From assembly GCA_050250895.1 (NCBI GenBank), contig JBFWNU010000002.1:759659-823658 (forward strand): a stretch of DNA of 64,000 bases. Reading direction: 5' to 3'. The position numbers and the translations under genes were made by a program. This document shows positions 9,721 to 18,288 of the stretch, piece after piece. Position 1 is the stretch's first letter, and each line of letters starts with the position of its first letter. Under the pieces are notes generated by a model. That model saw only the letters and a list, made by a program, of their open reading frames with translations. It was not told the DNA's origin and did no database searches. This DNA comes from Vulcanimicrobiota bacterium (lineage in GTDB: Bacteria > Vulcanimicrobiota > Xenobia > Xenobiales > JADMJV01).

Positions 9721-10420
9721 GACAGCCTGGGCGGCCAGCCGCGCTTGGCCCCCCTCGGAGTGGGCGAGATCTCCCGGACGGAGTGTGCGCCGCACAATGG
9801 GCAGGGCGGTGTGTACGGCGCACACCGGGCTGCCCCGGCCAAGCTCGCCGAGCCCCGGCCCCGCTCGGCGAGCCTGGCCTCGGCCGGGCCCGGCGTCAAC
9901 GGCGAGTTGTGCGCCGCACAGTAAGGATTTGTGGGTGTACGGCGCAAGTGTGCGCCGCACAATGCGCAGGGCGGTGTGTACGGCGCACACCGGGCTGGCC
10001 CCGGCCAAGCTCGGCGAGCCCCGGCCAGGTCGGGAGGCCCGGCCGACCGACCCGCCGGGCACCGACCAGCCTCGGCCGGGCCATGCTTCAACGGCGAGTT
10101 GTGCGCCGTACAGTAAGGATCTGTGAGTGTACGGCGCAAGTGTGCGCCGCACAGTGGACAAGGCGGTGTGTACGGCGCACACCGGGCTGGCCCCGGCCAA
10201 GCTCGGCGAGCCCCGGCCCCGGTCGGCAGCCCCGGCCAGGTCGGGAGGCCCGGCCGACCGACCCGCCGGGCACCGACCAGCCTCGGCCGGGCCATGCTTC
10301 AACGGCGAGTTGTGCGCCGCCCAATGGGCAGGGCGGTGTGTACGGCGCACACCTGGCTGGCCGCGGCCAAGCTCGGCAGCCCCTCGGCCCGGTCTACTTC
10401 CAGCTGGAAGACGGCGCGGC
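9667..10420. repeat. REP/BIME-like mosaic array: six TGTGCGCCG..A-(~15 nt)-TGTACGGCGCA hairpins in ~170-190 bp higher-order units, bounded by ~48-bp direct repeats
   Basis: Hairpins at about 9783, 9909, 9948, 10100, 10140 and 10311; flanking repeat TCGGCAGCCCC(C)TCGGCCCGGTCYACTTCCAGCTGGAAGACGGCGCGGC at 9667-9715 and 10373-10420. Confidence 0.85.
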
Positions 10421-10428
10421 AGACCGGG

Positions 10429-12534
10429 CTAGTAGGTGCGCGAGGAGGCGGTCATGGGCAGGCCCAGTTCGTGGGCCATGAAGGTCAGGGCCGCGGCCGT
10501 GCGACCGACCTTCTGGCTGAAGCTGGCGCCCTGGCCGTGGCCGGCGTTGGTGCGCGTCAGCAAAATGACGGGGTGGTCAGAACTGGTGGCGGCCTGCAGG
10601 GCGGCCGCGAACTTGCGCGATTGCCAGGGAGCCACCCGCGGGTCGTTCTCGCCGGTCTCGAGCATCACCGCCGGATAGGCCGTGCCCGGCTTGACGTGGT
10701 GCAGGGGCGAATAGGCGAACAGCCAGGCGAAGCCTTCGGGCTCTTTGACGGTGCCGAACTCGGTGATGTTGAAAGTGCCGTTGGGCCACAGTTCTGAACG
10801 CAGCATGTCGTAAAGGCCCACCATGCCCACCACGGCGCGATACTGGTCGGGGTGTTGGGTCAGGCTGGCGCCCACCAGCAGGCCGCCGTTGCTGCCGCCC
10901 ATGATGCCCAGGTGCGAGGTGTCGGTCCAACCGCCCGCGATGAGGGCCTGGGAGGCCGCATAGAAGTCGTCGAAGACGTTCTGCTTGTTGGCCAGCATTC
11001 CGTCTTGATGCCAGCGCTCGCCGAATTCGGCTCCGCCCCGCAGGTTGGCCACGGCATAGACGCCGCCTTGCTCGAGCCAGGCCAGGTCGGGGCCCAGAAA
11101 GCGCGGCCCAATGCAGATGCCGAAGCCGCCATAGGCGGTCAGGATGGTGGGGCGATTGCCGTCGGGGGTGGTGCTGTCGAGGCAAAGCACCGTGACTGGC
11201 ACCCGCGTCTGGTCGGCCGAAATGCCTTCTAGATGGTGCACGGCCACCTTGCTGTAATCGGCCGCCGGCTCGACCTTGAAGATCTGGTCGAGCTTGCCGC
11301 TGTTGCCGTCATAGACCGCCCAGGTGTCGGGGTTGGTCCAGCCCTGATAGCTGATCAGGGCTGACTTCGAGTCTGACGCCGAAGCGATGGCTCGCACTGA
11401 ATTCTCGGCCGGCAGGTCGAGGGTGCGCAGGAGTTTGCCCTGGCGGTCGTGGTGGTCGACGCGCCACTCGCTGCCCCAGACCCGAGTTACCAAATAGCCG
11501 TCGTGGATGGGGTGCACGGCCTGGGCCGCCCAGTCGCCCTCGGGCACGACCGTTTCCACCTGGCCATCGGGGTCGACGGCCAGCACCCGCCCGCGGGGGG
11601 TATTGCCGTGGGCCACCACCAGCAGGCGATGGCCGTCCCAGGTGCCTCCCGAGCGGATGTCCGCCTCGGGACCGAGCACCAGTTTGTAGCCCTGGGGACC
11701 ACGTAGATAAACGCGCTCTGGGCTGCCATCGCCGAACCAGACGATGACCGCGGCCGCTTTGCCGTCGTCGGAGGCGGTGAGGCGATACTCGGCCACCGAT
11801 GAGAGCCCCTGGCCGAAGACAGGCTCGTCTTCGGTGGAGGCCTCACCCAGAGTGTGGTGATAGAGCGAGGCGTCGAACATCAGGCGCGACTCGTCGACCT
11901 GTTCGGGCAGAGGCAGGCGTACGTAGACGAACCCCTTCTCGTCGGCGTCCCAGAGCACGCTCGGCGGGGTGGTGCCGCCGGCCGCATGGGGCAGCCGGTC
12001 GGGCAGTTCTTTGGCTTCGGTGGTGTCGACCACTTTGAGAGTCACCAGTTCACTGCCACCGGTGGCGGTCCCATAGGCGACGTAGCGTCCTGAGGGCGAG
12101 GGCCAGAAGTCGAGGATGGCGCTGGCATCCCCCTGATTGGTGTCGACCAGCACTTTGGGCTCGCCTTGGGGCCAGTCGGCCGCCACCAGCACCGCCTGGG
12201 GCTGGGGTGGAGTCTCGCGCATATAGAAGAGGCGTCCGCTCAGGATCTGGGGCGAGAACTGGCGGCTCGAAGTGAGGGCCAACTGGCCCACCCGGTCGCT
12301 GATGGCTTTGCCTTCGGCGAAGCTGCCGAGTTGGGACTCGGTGTAGGCGTTCTGGGCCTTGATCCAGGCTTTGACCTCGGGGCTTGCGGCGTCTTCGAGC
12401 CAGCGATAAGGGTCGCTCACCTCGGTGCCGTGATAGGTGTCGCTCTGCGACACCGTCTTGGTGGCCGGCGGCTGGGCCCAAAGTGGGGCCACCAGACCCA
12501 GAATCAGGATGAAAAGCGGGGTTCGAAAACGCAT
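10429..12534 (-). CDS. Prolyl oligopeptidase (S9A) with signal peptide
   Basis: DPYRWLED, ANLRGGAEFGERWH, GGSNGG (catalytic Ser), NDPRV, AGHG; N-terminal signal peptide. Confidence 0.93.
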   Translation of the reverse strand: MRFRTPLFILILGLVAPLWAQPPATKTVSQSDTYHGTEVSDPYRWLEDAASPEVKAWIKAQNAYTESQLGSFAEGKAISDRVGQLALTSSRQFSPQILSGRLFYMRETPPQPQAVLVAADWPQGEPKVLVDTNQGDASAILDFWPSPSGRYVAYGTATGGSELVTLKVVDTTEAKELPDRLPHAAGGTTPPSVLWDADEKGFVYVRLPLPEQVDESRLMFDASLYHHTLGEASTEDEPVFGQGLSSVAEYRLTASDDGKAAAVIVWFGDGSPERVYLRGPQGYKLVLGPEADIRSGGTWDGHRLLVVAHGNTPRGRVLAVDPDGQVETVVPEGDWAAQAVHPIHDGYLVTRVWGSEWRVDHHDRQGKLLRTLDLPAENSVRAIASASDSKSALISYQGWTNPDTWAVYDGNSGKLDQIFKVEPAADYSKVAVHHLEGISADQTRVPVTVLCLDSTTPDGNRPTILTAYGGFGICIGPRFLGPDLAWLEQGGVYAVANLRGGAEFGERWHQDGMLANKQNVFDDFYAASQALIAGGWTDTSHLGIMGGSNGGLLVGASLTQHPDQYRAVVGMVGLYDMLRSELWPNGTFNITEFGTVKEPEGFAWLFAYSPLHHVKPGTAYPAVMLETGENDPRVAPWQSRKFAAALQAATSSDHPVILLTRTNAGHGQGASFSQKVGRTAAALTFMAHELGLPMTASSRTY

Positions 12535-12561
12535 GCCCGTGCGTTCTCGACCGAGCCCGAA

Positions 12562-13503
12562 TTACCCCTTCTGATCGGCCACCGCGTCGCGCGGATGGGC
12601 GTTCTCATAGACCTCGCGCATCTTGGTGCGCGAGAGGTTGGTGTAGATCTGGGTGGTAGAGAGGTTCTCGTGACCGAGTAGCTCCTTGATGGTGACCAGG
12701 TCCGAGCCGCCCTCGAGCATGTGGGTGGCAAACGAGTGGCGCAAAGTATGGGGAGAGGCCGACTTCTCGAGGCCGGCCTCCTTCATCAGCCGGGCGAACA
12801 TGATCTCGACCGCCCGGCGCGAGAGCCGGTCTCCGAAGCGATTGAGAAAGACGGCCGGACAACGGGCTTTGGGCCGGCAATCGAGATAGTCATTGACGGC
12901 CATGGCGGCGGTGCGATTGAGAAAGACATGGCGCTCTTTGTTGCCTTTGCCGATCACACGCAGGCTGCGCCGGTCGAGATCGAGGCGATGCATGTCAAGC
13001 CCCACCAGTTCAGCCAGGCGAATCCCGGTGGCGTAGAATAGCTCGAGAATGGCCCGGTCGCGCAAGGCGAACTCGCGGTTCTTGGCGCTTTCGATCCGTT
13101 CTTCGGCGGTGTCGAGCAAAAGCATGACCTCGTCTTCGGTCATCACTTTGGGCAGATGCCGGCCGTCGCGGGCCGACGAGATGCGCTGCATCGGCGAAGA
13201 GGGGAGGTGTCCTTCGGCCTCGAGAAAGCGGAAAAAACCCTTGAGGCAGGCAATCTTGCGGTTGAGGGCGTTGGCCGTGTAGTCGCGCTCGCGGCGCAGG
13301 TGGGCCAGAAACTCACGAATGGTCCGAGGGTCGATGGTCGATAGCTTGAGGTCTTCGGCTAGAAAGGGCTCGAGATAATCAAAGAAGATCTTCAGATCGT
13401 GCTCGTATTCGCGAATGGTGCGCCGGCCCAACGAGCGCTCGACGCTCAGATGGACCAGGAAGTCTTCGATGTAGTAACCGCGCGCTCGATCGAGATCATG
13501 CAT
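12562..13503 (-). CDS. Tyrosine recombinase XerC/XerD family
   Basis: RDRAILELFYATGIRLAEL, GKGNKER, HTLRHSFATHML, LLGHENLSTTQIYT; N-terminal SAM-like domain. Confidence 0.92.
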   Translation of the reverse strand: MHDLDRARGYYIEDFLVHLSVERSLGRRTIREYEHDLKIFFDYLEPFLAEDLKLSTIDPRTIREFLAHLRRERDYTANALNRKIACLKGFFRFLEAEGHLPSSPMQRISSARDGRHLPKVMTEDEVMLLLDTAEERIESAKNREFALRDRAILELFYATGIRLAELVGLDMHRLDLDRRSLRVIGKGNKERHVFLNRTAAMAVNDYLDCRPKARCPAVFLNRFGDRLSRRAVEIMFARLMKEAGLEKSASPHTLRHSFATHMLEGGSDLVTIKELLGHENLSTTQIYTNLSRTKMREVYENAHPRDAVADQKG

Positions 13504-13610
13504 GCTTGAATCTTTGTCAATCGAACACAGGTTCCTGCAGGCTCTCTGACTGGCCAGGAAGAACCACCGGCGATCACCGGCTCCGCGCCGATTTCTAGGA
13601 GGAACACAAC

Positions 13611-14063
13611 ATGGGAATTTTCGATTTCGTCAAGACGGCCGGCGACGCTTTGAGTAGCGCTATCCAGAGCATCGGTGAAGAGAGCCTCAAGCACAAGCTC
13701 GAAGGCAGCGGTCTTGAGTTGCGCGACTTGGCTTTGAAGGTCGACGGCGACAAAGTCAAGATTTACGCTGTGGTTCCCGATCACGAGACCCGTGAGAAGG
13801 CCATTTTGATGGTGGGCAACACGCCCGGGGTAGCCAGCGTCGAAGACGCCATCAAGGTCCGGCCGCCGGCCGGAGCTCCGGCGCCTGTTGCAGAGCCCAA
13901 GCAATCCAAGTTCTACACGGTGGTCTCGGGCGATACTCTCTCGGCCATCGCCCAGAAGTTCTATGGGGACGCCAACCAGTATATGAAGATCTTCGAGGCC
14001 AACCGGCCCATGCTCAGCAATCCCGATGTGATCAACCCCGGCCAGCAGCTCCGGATCCCCTAG
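13611..14063 (+). CDS. BON-LysM domain protein (Kbp/YgaU-like)
   Basis: MGIFDFVKTAG start, REKAILMVGNTPGVASVED, LysM YTVVSGDTLSAIAQKFYGDANQYMKIFEAN; strong AGGAGG RBS. Confidence 0.92.
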   Translation: MGIFDFVKTAGDALSSAIQSIGEESLKHKLEGSGLELRDLALKVDGDKVKIYAVVPDHETREKAILMVGNTPGVASVEDAIKVRPPAGAPAPVAEPKQSKFYTVVSGDTLSAIAQKFYGDANQYMKIFEANRPMLSNPDVINPGQQLRIP

Positions 14064-14109
14064 AAATAGGAGGAATCCTCTCCGTCAGGGGGCAAATCCG
14101 GGGTGGAAT

Positions 14110-15186
14110 ATGTTGGATGAACTGAAACTACAAGAGATCGTCAATCGCTATGACGAGTTGACCGAGAGGTTCTGCGACCCCGAACTGCTCACCGACCCGG
14201 ATGCCTACAAAGAGGTGGCCCAGGAGCGGGCCAGTCTCGAAGAGTTGGCCGGCAAGGCGCGCGAGTTTCTCACCGTCATCAGCGAGATCGCCACCAATCG
14301 GGCCGAACTCGAGTCCGAAAAAGACGCCTCGATGGTGGCTCTCTATCGTGACGACCTCAAGTCGTTGGAGCGGCGCCACGAAGCGCTCAGTGAAGAGATC
14401 CGGGTGCTGATGCTACCGAAGGACCCCTTTGCCAACAAGAACATCATCATGGAGATCCGGCCCGCCGCGGGGGGCGACGAGGCCGGCATCTTCGCTGGCG
14501 ATCTGTTTCGGATGTACAATCGCTACGCGGACCGCAAGGGGTGGAAGCTCGAGGTGATGGATGCCCACCCCACCGAACTCAGCGGCTTCAAAGAGGTGGT
14601 TTTCGAGATCCGCGGACGCGAGGTATTCAGTCATCTCAAATACGAAAGTGGCGTCCATCGCGTGCAGCGAGTTCCCGAGACCGAGTCGTCGGGGCGCATC
14701 CACACCTCGACGGTGACCGTGGCCGTGCTGCCCGAGGCCGAAGAGGTGGACGAGATCTCGGTCAACGACAAAGATCTCAAGATCGACACCTATCGCGCCT
14801 CGGGTGCCGGCGGTCAGCACGTCAATAAGACCGACTCGGCCGTCCGGATCACCCACCTTCCCACCGGGCTGGTAGTGGCCTGTCAGGACGAGCGCTCGCA
14901 GCACCAGAACAAAGACAAGGCCATGCGGATTCTCAAGGCCAAGCTGCTCGACCAGGAGCGGCGTCGCCAAGAAGCAGAGTTGGCCGCCAACCGCAAGTCG
15001 CAGGTCGGCACCGGTGACCGTTCCGAGAAGATCCGGACTTACAACTATCCTCAGAGTCGGGTCACCGATCACCGGATCGGCATGTCGGTGAAGAATCTGA
15101 CCTCGGTGATGGACGGCGATCTCGATCCCTTCATCGAGGCTCTTCAGACCGACGAGCAGCAGGCGCTGCTCGAGGGCGTGCAGTGA
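14110..15186 (+). CDS. prfA: Peptide chain release factor 1
   Basis: GVHRVQRVPETES (PxT motif), SGAGGQHVNKTDSAVRITH, RSEKIRTYNYPQSRVTDHRI. Confidence 0.97.
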   Translation: MLDELKLQEIVNRYDELTERFCDPELLTDPDAYKEVAQERASLEELAGKAREFLTVISEIATNRAELESEKDASMVALYRDDLKSLERRHEALSEEIRVLMLPKDPFANKNIIMEIRPAAGGDEAGIFAGDLFRMYNRYADRKGWKLEVMDAHPTELSGFKEVVFEIRGREVFSHLKYESGVHRVQRVPETESSGRIHTSTVTVAVLPEAEEVDEISVNDKDLKIDTYRASGAGGQHVNKTDSAVRITHLPTGLVVACQDERSQHQNKDKAMRILKAKLLDQERRRQEAELAANRKSQVGTGDRSEKIRTYNYPQSRVTDHRIGMSVKNLTSVMDGDLDPFIEALQTDEQQALLEGVQ

Positions 15187-16058
15187 GAACCCCCACCGCC
15201 ACCACGGTAGGAGGGGCCCTCGATGAGGGGGCGCGGCGGTTGCTTTCGACCCGCCCCCGTTCCCCGCGACTCGACGCCGAAATGCTGCTCGGGCATGTGC
15301 TGGGCCTGACTCGCACCGAACTCTACGCCCGCGCCGATCAGGCCGTCCCGGCCAGTAAGCTGCAAGACTATCGGCGTTTGCTCGACGCCCGCGAGACCGG
15401 CGTCCCGGTGGCTTATCTGGTGGGTTGGAAAGAATTCTACTCTCGCCGTTTTTGGGTCTCGCCCAAGGTGTTGATTCCACGTCCCGAGACCGAGGTGCTG
15501 GTGGAAGAAGCGATGAAGGTGCTGTCGCGGCAGGGCCTGACTCGCCCCAGAATCCTCGACGTGGGCACAGGCAGCGGCGTGCTGGCCATCACCCTGGCTC
15601 TCGAGCTGCCCCTGGCCGAGGTGGTGGCCGTGGATATCGAGTCGGCCGCCATCGAGCAGGCTCTCGAGAATGCTCGCCTGCATGAGGTCGCCGACCGGAT
15701 TTTGTTTGAAACCTGTGACCTTTTCGAGGCGGTCGAAGGTCGTTTTGATCTGATCGTTTCCAATCCCCCGTACGTGGGTATCGACCAGGGACCCCGGCCC
15801 GAGGTGGCCGTGGTCAAGAACGAGCCCCACCAGGCTCTCTTTGCCGGCAGCCAGGGCCTTGACGTGATCGAGCGTCTGGTGGCCGGAGCCCCCCGTCACC
15901 TCAATGGCGGAGGCGAGATCTTACTAGAATGCGCCCCCTTTCAGGTGGAGCGGGTCGAGGCCAAATTGGTCGACGCCGGCTTTCATCAGACCAGGATTAT
16001 TCCCGACCTGTCGGGACTGCCGCGGGCCGTGGCCGGGCGTTGGGAGGAAAAGAGTTGA
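15183..16058 (+). CDS. prmC: Release factor glutamine methyltransferase
   Basis: VLIPRPETE, LDVGTGSG, IVSNPPY; GTGA overlap with prfA. Confidence 0.95.
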   Translation: MRTPTATTVGGALDEGARRLLSTRPRSPRLDAEMLLGHVLGLTRTELYARADQAVPASKLQDYRRLLDARETGVPVAYLVGWKEFYSRRFWVSPKVLIPRPETEVLVEEAMKVLSRQGLTRPRILDVGTGSGVLAITLALELPLAEVVAVDIESAAIEQALENARLHEVADRILFETCDLFEAVEGRFDLIVSNPPYVGIDQGPRPEVAVVKNEPHQALFAGSQGLDVIERLVAGAPRHLNGGGEILLECAPFQVERVEAKLVDAGFHQTRIIPDLSGLPRAVAGRWEEKS

Positions 16059-16477
16059 ATACCGAGACCATCGCCGAACTGGCCCAGTTGATTCAGCAAG
16101 AACGGCTGCATCGACTAGAGATTGAACTCGACGGAACGCGAGTCAAGTTGCGTCGACGACTGCGCCAGGTGGCGCCTGCCCCCGCCCCCTTGCCGACCGC
16201 GGACCAGGACGAAGCCGACGAGGATGACCGCCAACTGTTGCCCGTAACCTCGGAAGTGGTGGGCTTGTTTCACCAGGCAGCCACCAATCTCGCTGAACCG
16301 TTGGTGCGCCAGGGCGATCAGATCCAAGCTGGTCAGGTGGTCGGGTTCGTGGAGTCGATGAACCTCAACCACGAAGTCCGCGCCACTCAGGGCGGCACGG
16401 TGGTCGAAGTCATCGCCAGTGAAGGCGAGCCGGTAGAATATGGCCAGGCACTGATGCTGCTGGCTCTGGAGGGTTAA
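16055..16477 (+). CDS. Biotin carboxyl carrier protein-like (AccB-like) protein lacking the biotinylated lysine
   Basis: TTG start with GGAGG RBS; BCCP architecture ending in EPVEYGQALM; ESMNL replaces the canonical EAMK(L/M); abuts accC. Confidence 0.8.
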   Translation: MNTETIAELAQLIQQERLHRLEIELDGTRVKLRRRLRQVAPAPAPLPTADQDEADEDDRQLLPVTSEVVGLFHQAATNLAEPLVRQGDQIQAGQVVGFVESMNLNHEVRATQGGTVVEVIASEGEPVEYGQALMLLALEG

Positions 16478-17835
16478 TGTTTCGAAAAATTCTGGTAGCC
16501 AATCGGGGCGAGATCGCCCTGCGCGTCATCCGGGCCTGTCGTGAACTCGATATTCGCACGGTGGCCGTCCATTCCACCGTCGACCGCGAGTCCTTGCATG
16601 TGCAGGCCGCCGACGAGACTTTCTGTGTCGGCCCCGGACCGGTGACCCAATCGTATCTGAACATTCCCAACGTGATCTCGGCCGGGCTCATCGCCGGCGC
16701 CGACGCGGTCCATCCCGGCTACGGTTTTCTGGCTGAAAACCCCGACTTCGTAGACATCTGCCAGAGCCACGGCCTGCACTTTATCGGTCCCAGCCCCGAG
16801 GCTATGCGGCTGATGGGCGACAAGAGCCAGGCTCGCGCCACCGTCGAATCGGTGGGCGTGCCGACCCTGCCGGGCACCGGCGACATCGGCGATATGAGCG
16901 AAGCGGTCGCTTTCGGCGAAGAGCATGGCTACCCCATCATGATCAAGGCCGCCGCCGGCGGGGGCGGCAAAGGCATGCGGGTAGCTCAAGATGCCAGCCA
17001 GATGGAGCGTCTCTTCCAGACCGCCAAGATGGAGGCCGAGTCGGCCTTCGGCGACGGCCGCATCTATCTCGAGAAGTTTCTGGGTCGAGCTCGCCACATC
17101 GAGTTTCAGATCATGGCCGATAGCCATGGCAACGTCATTCACCTGGGCGAACGCGACTGCTCGGTGCAGCGGCGCAACCAGAAGCTGATCGAGGAATCTC
17201 CTTCCCTCATCCTGCCCGCCGACAAGCGTGAAGAGATGGGCTCGATGGCGGTGTTGGCAGCCCGGTCCTGCAACTACGTCGGGGCGGGCACGGTCGAGTT
17301 TCTCTATGACGCGGCCACGGGCAAGTTCTATTTTCTCGAGATGAACACTCGCATCCAGGTCGAGCACCCCGTGACCGAGATGGTCAGTGGCCAGGACCTG
17401 GTCAAGGAACAGATCCTGGTGGCCGCCGGTGCCAGGCTCAGTCTCAAGCAAGAAGAAGTGCGTCTCGAGGGTCACGCGGTCGAGTGTCGCATCAACGCCG
17501 AACGCCCCGAGGATGGCTTCGCGCCCAGCATGGGCACGGTGACCACCGTGCACTTTCCCGGTGGGCCGGGAGTGCGAGTCGACACCCACCTCTATCCGGG
17601 CTATCAGGTCCAGCCATTCTATGATTCACTGCTGGCCAAGGTGATCACCCACGGGCGCGACCGCACCGAGGCGCTGGCGCGGATGCAGCGCGTGCTCTCC
17701 GAGATGAAGATCGAGGGCATCAGCACCACCGCCTCGTTTCACCGGCGCATCATCGACAATCCCTTCTTCCGCCGGGGTGAGGTGCACACCACCTTCATCG
17801 AAAACGAGTTCAAACGGGAACTCGCGGAGGTTTAG
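16477..17835 (+). CDS. accC: Acetyl-CoA carboxylase biotin carboxylase subunit
   Basis: MFRKILVANRGEIALR, HPGYGFLAEN, GGGGKGMR, ERDCSVQRRNQK, EMNTRIQVEHPVTE. Confidence 0.96.
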   Translation: MFRKILVANRGEIALRVIRACRELDIRTVAVHSTVDRESLHVQAADETFCVGPGPVTQSYLNIPNVISAGLIAGADAVHPGYGFLAENPDFVDICQSHGLHFIGPSPEAMRLMGDKSQARATVESVGVPTLPGTGDIGDMSEAVAFGEEHGYPIMIKAAAGGGGKGMRVAQDASQMERLFQTAKMEAESAFGDGRIYLEKFLGRARHIEFQIMADSHGNVIHLGERDCSVQRRNQKLIEESPSLILPADKREEMGSMAVLAARSCNYVGAGTVEFLYDAATGKFYFLEMNTRIQVEHPVTEMVSGQDLVKEQILVAAGARLSLKQEEVRLEGHAVECRINAERPEDGFAPSMGTVTTVHFPGGPGVRVDTHLYPGYQVQPFYDSLLAKVITHGRDRTEALARMQRVLSEMKIEGISTTASFHRRIIDNPFFRRGEVHTTFIENEFKRELAEV

Positions 17836-18288
17836 GTGCGACCACGCCGCCGGGCCCGGGTGCTGATTTTGCACGGGCTGTACCAGATGGATGTGGTCGA
17901 TACGCCGCTGGACGAGGTGGTGCGGACCATCCGTGAAGAGGCCGAGGATCAAGACTCGTTGAACTATGTAGAGGAGAAGTCCCGGCCGTCGGTTCTGGAT
18001 TTTTTCGAAGTCATGCTTCGGGGCATTTGGGAACAAAGGGCGAGCCTCGACCGACTACTGGAAGAGCGGGCCCACAACTGGTCCTGGGACCGGATCGCTC
18101 GCGTGGAACGCAACGTGTTGAGAATGGGAGCCTACGAGCTGCTGCACCGACCTGACATACCGGCCACGGTCTCGATCGACGAGGCCCTCGAGATTGCGCG
18201 TGATTATGGTGACGAACGCTCCGGGGCTTTCGTGAACGGTGTTCTCGACGCCATACACAAAACGGCGGCGGGCGAGGGACTTGAGTAA
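17836..18288 (+). CDS. nusB: Transcription antitermination factor NusB
   Basis: RRRARVLILHGLYQ, NWSWDRIARVERNVLRMGAYEL, FVNGVLD. Confidence 0.93.
   Translation: MRPRRRARVLILHGLYQMDVVDTPLDEVVRTIREEAEDQDSLNYVEEKSRPSVLDFFEVMLRGIWEQRASLDRLLEERAHNWSWDRIARVERNVLRMGAYELLHRPDIPATVSIDEALEIARDYGDERSGAFVNGVLDAIHKTAAGEGLE

Noticed and set aside
8781-10350. The 504-aa and 474-aa ORFs as intact proteins
   Set aside because: Their N-terminal halves are translations of the palindromic repeat array, and the HNH motifs are split across frames
9780-10390. Repeat region as a CRISPR or TIGR array
   Set aside because: The intervening sequences are themselves repeated in two classes rather than being unique spacers, the period is irregular, and no cas or Nop-domain gene is nearby
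12562-13503. Tyrosine recombinase as an integron integrase or prophage integrase
   Set aside because: It has XerC/D-like length and motifs, lacks the IntI-specific insertion, and has no attC array or phage genes adjacent
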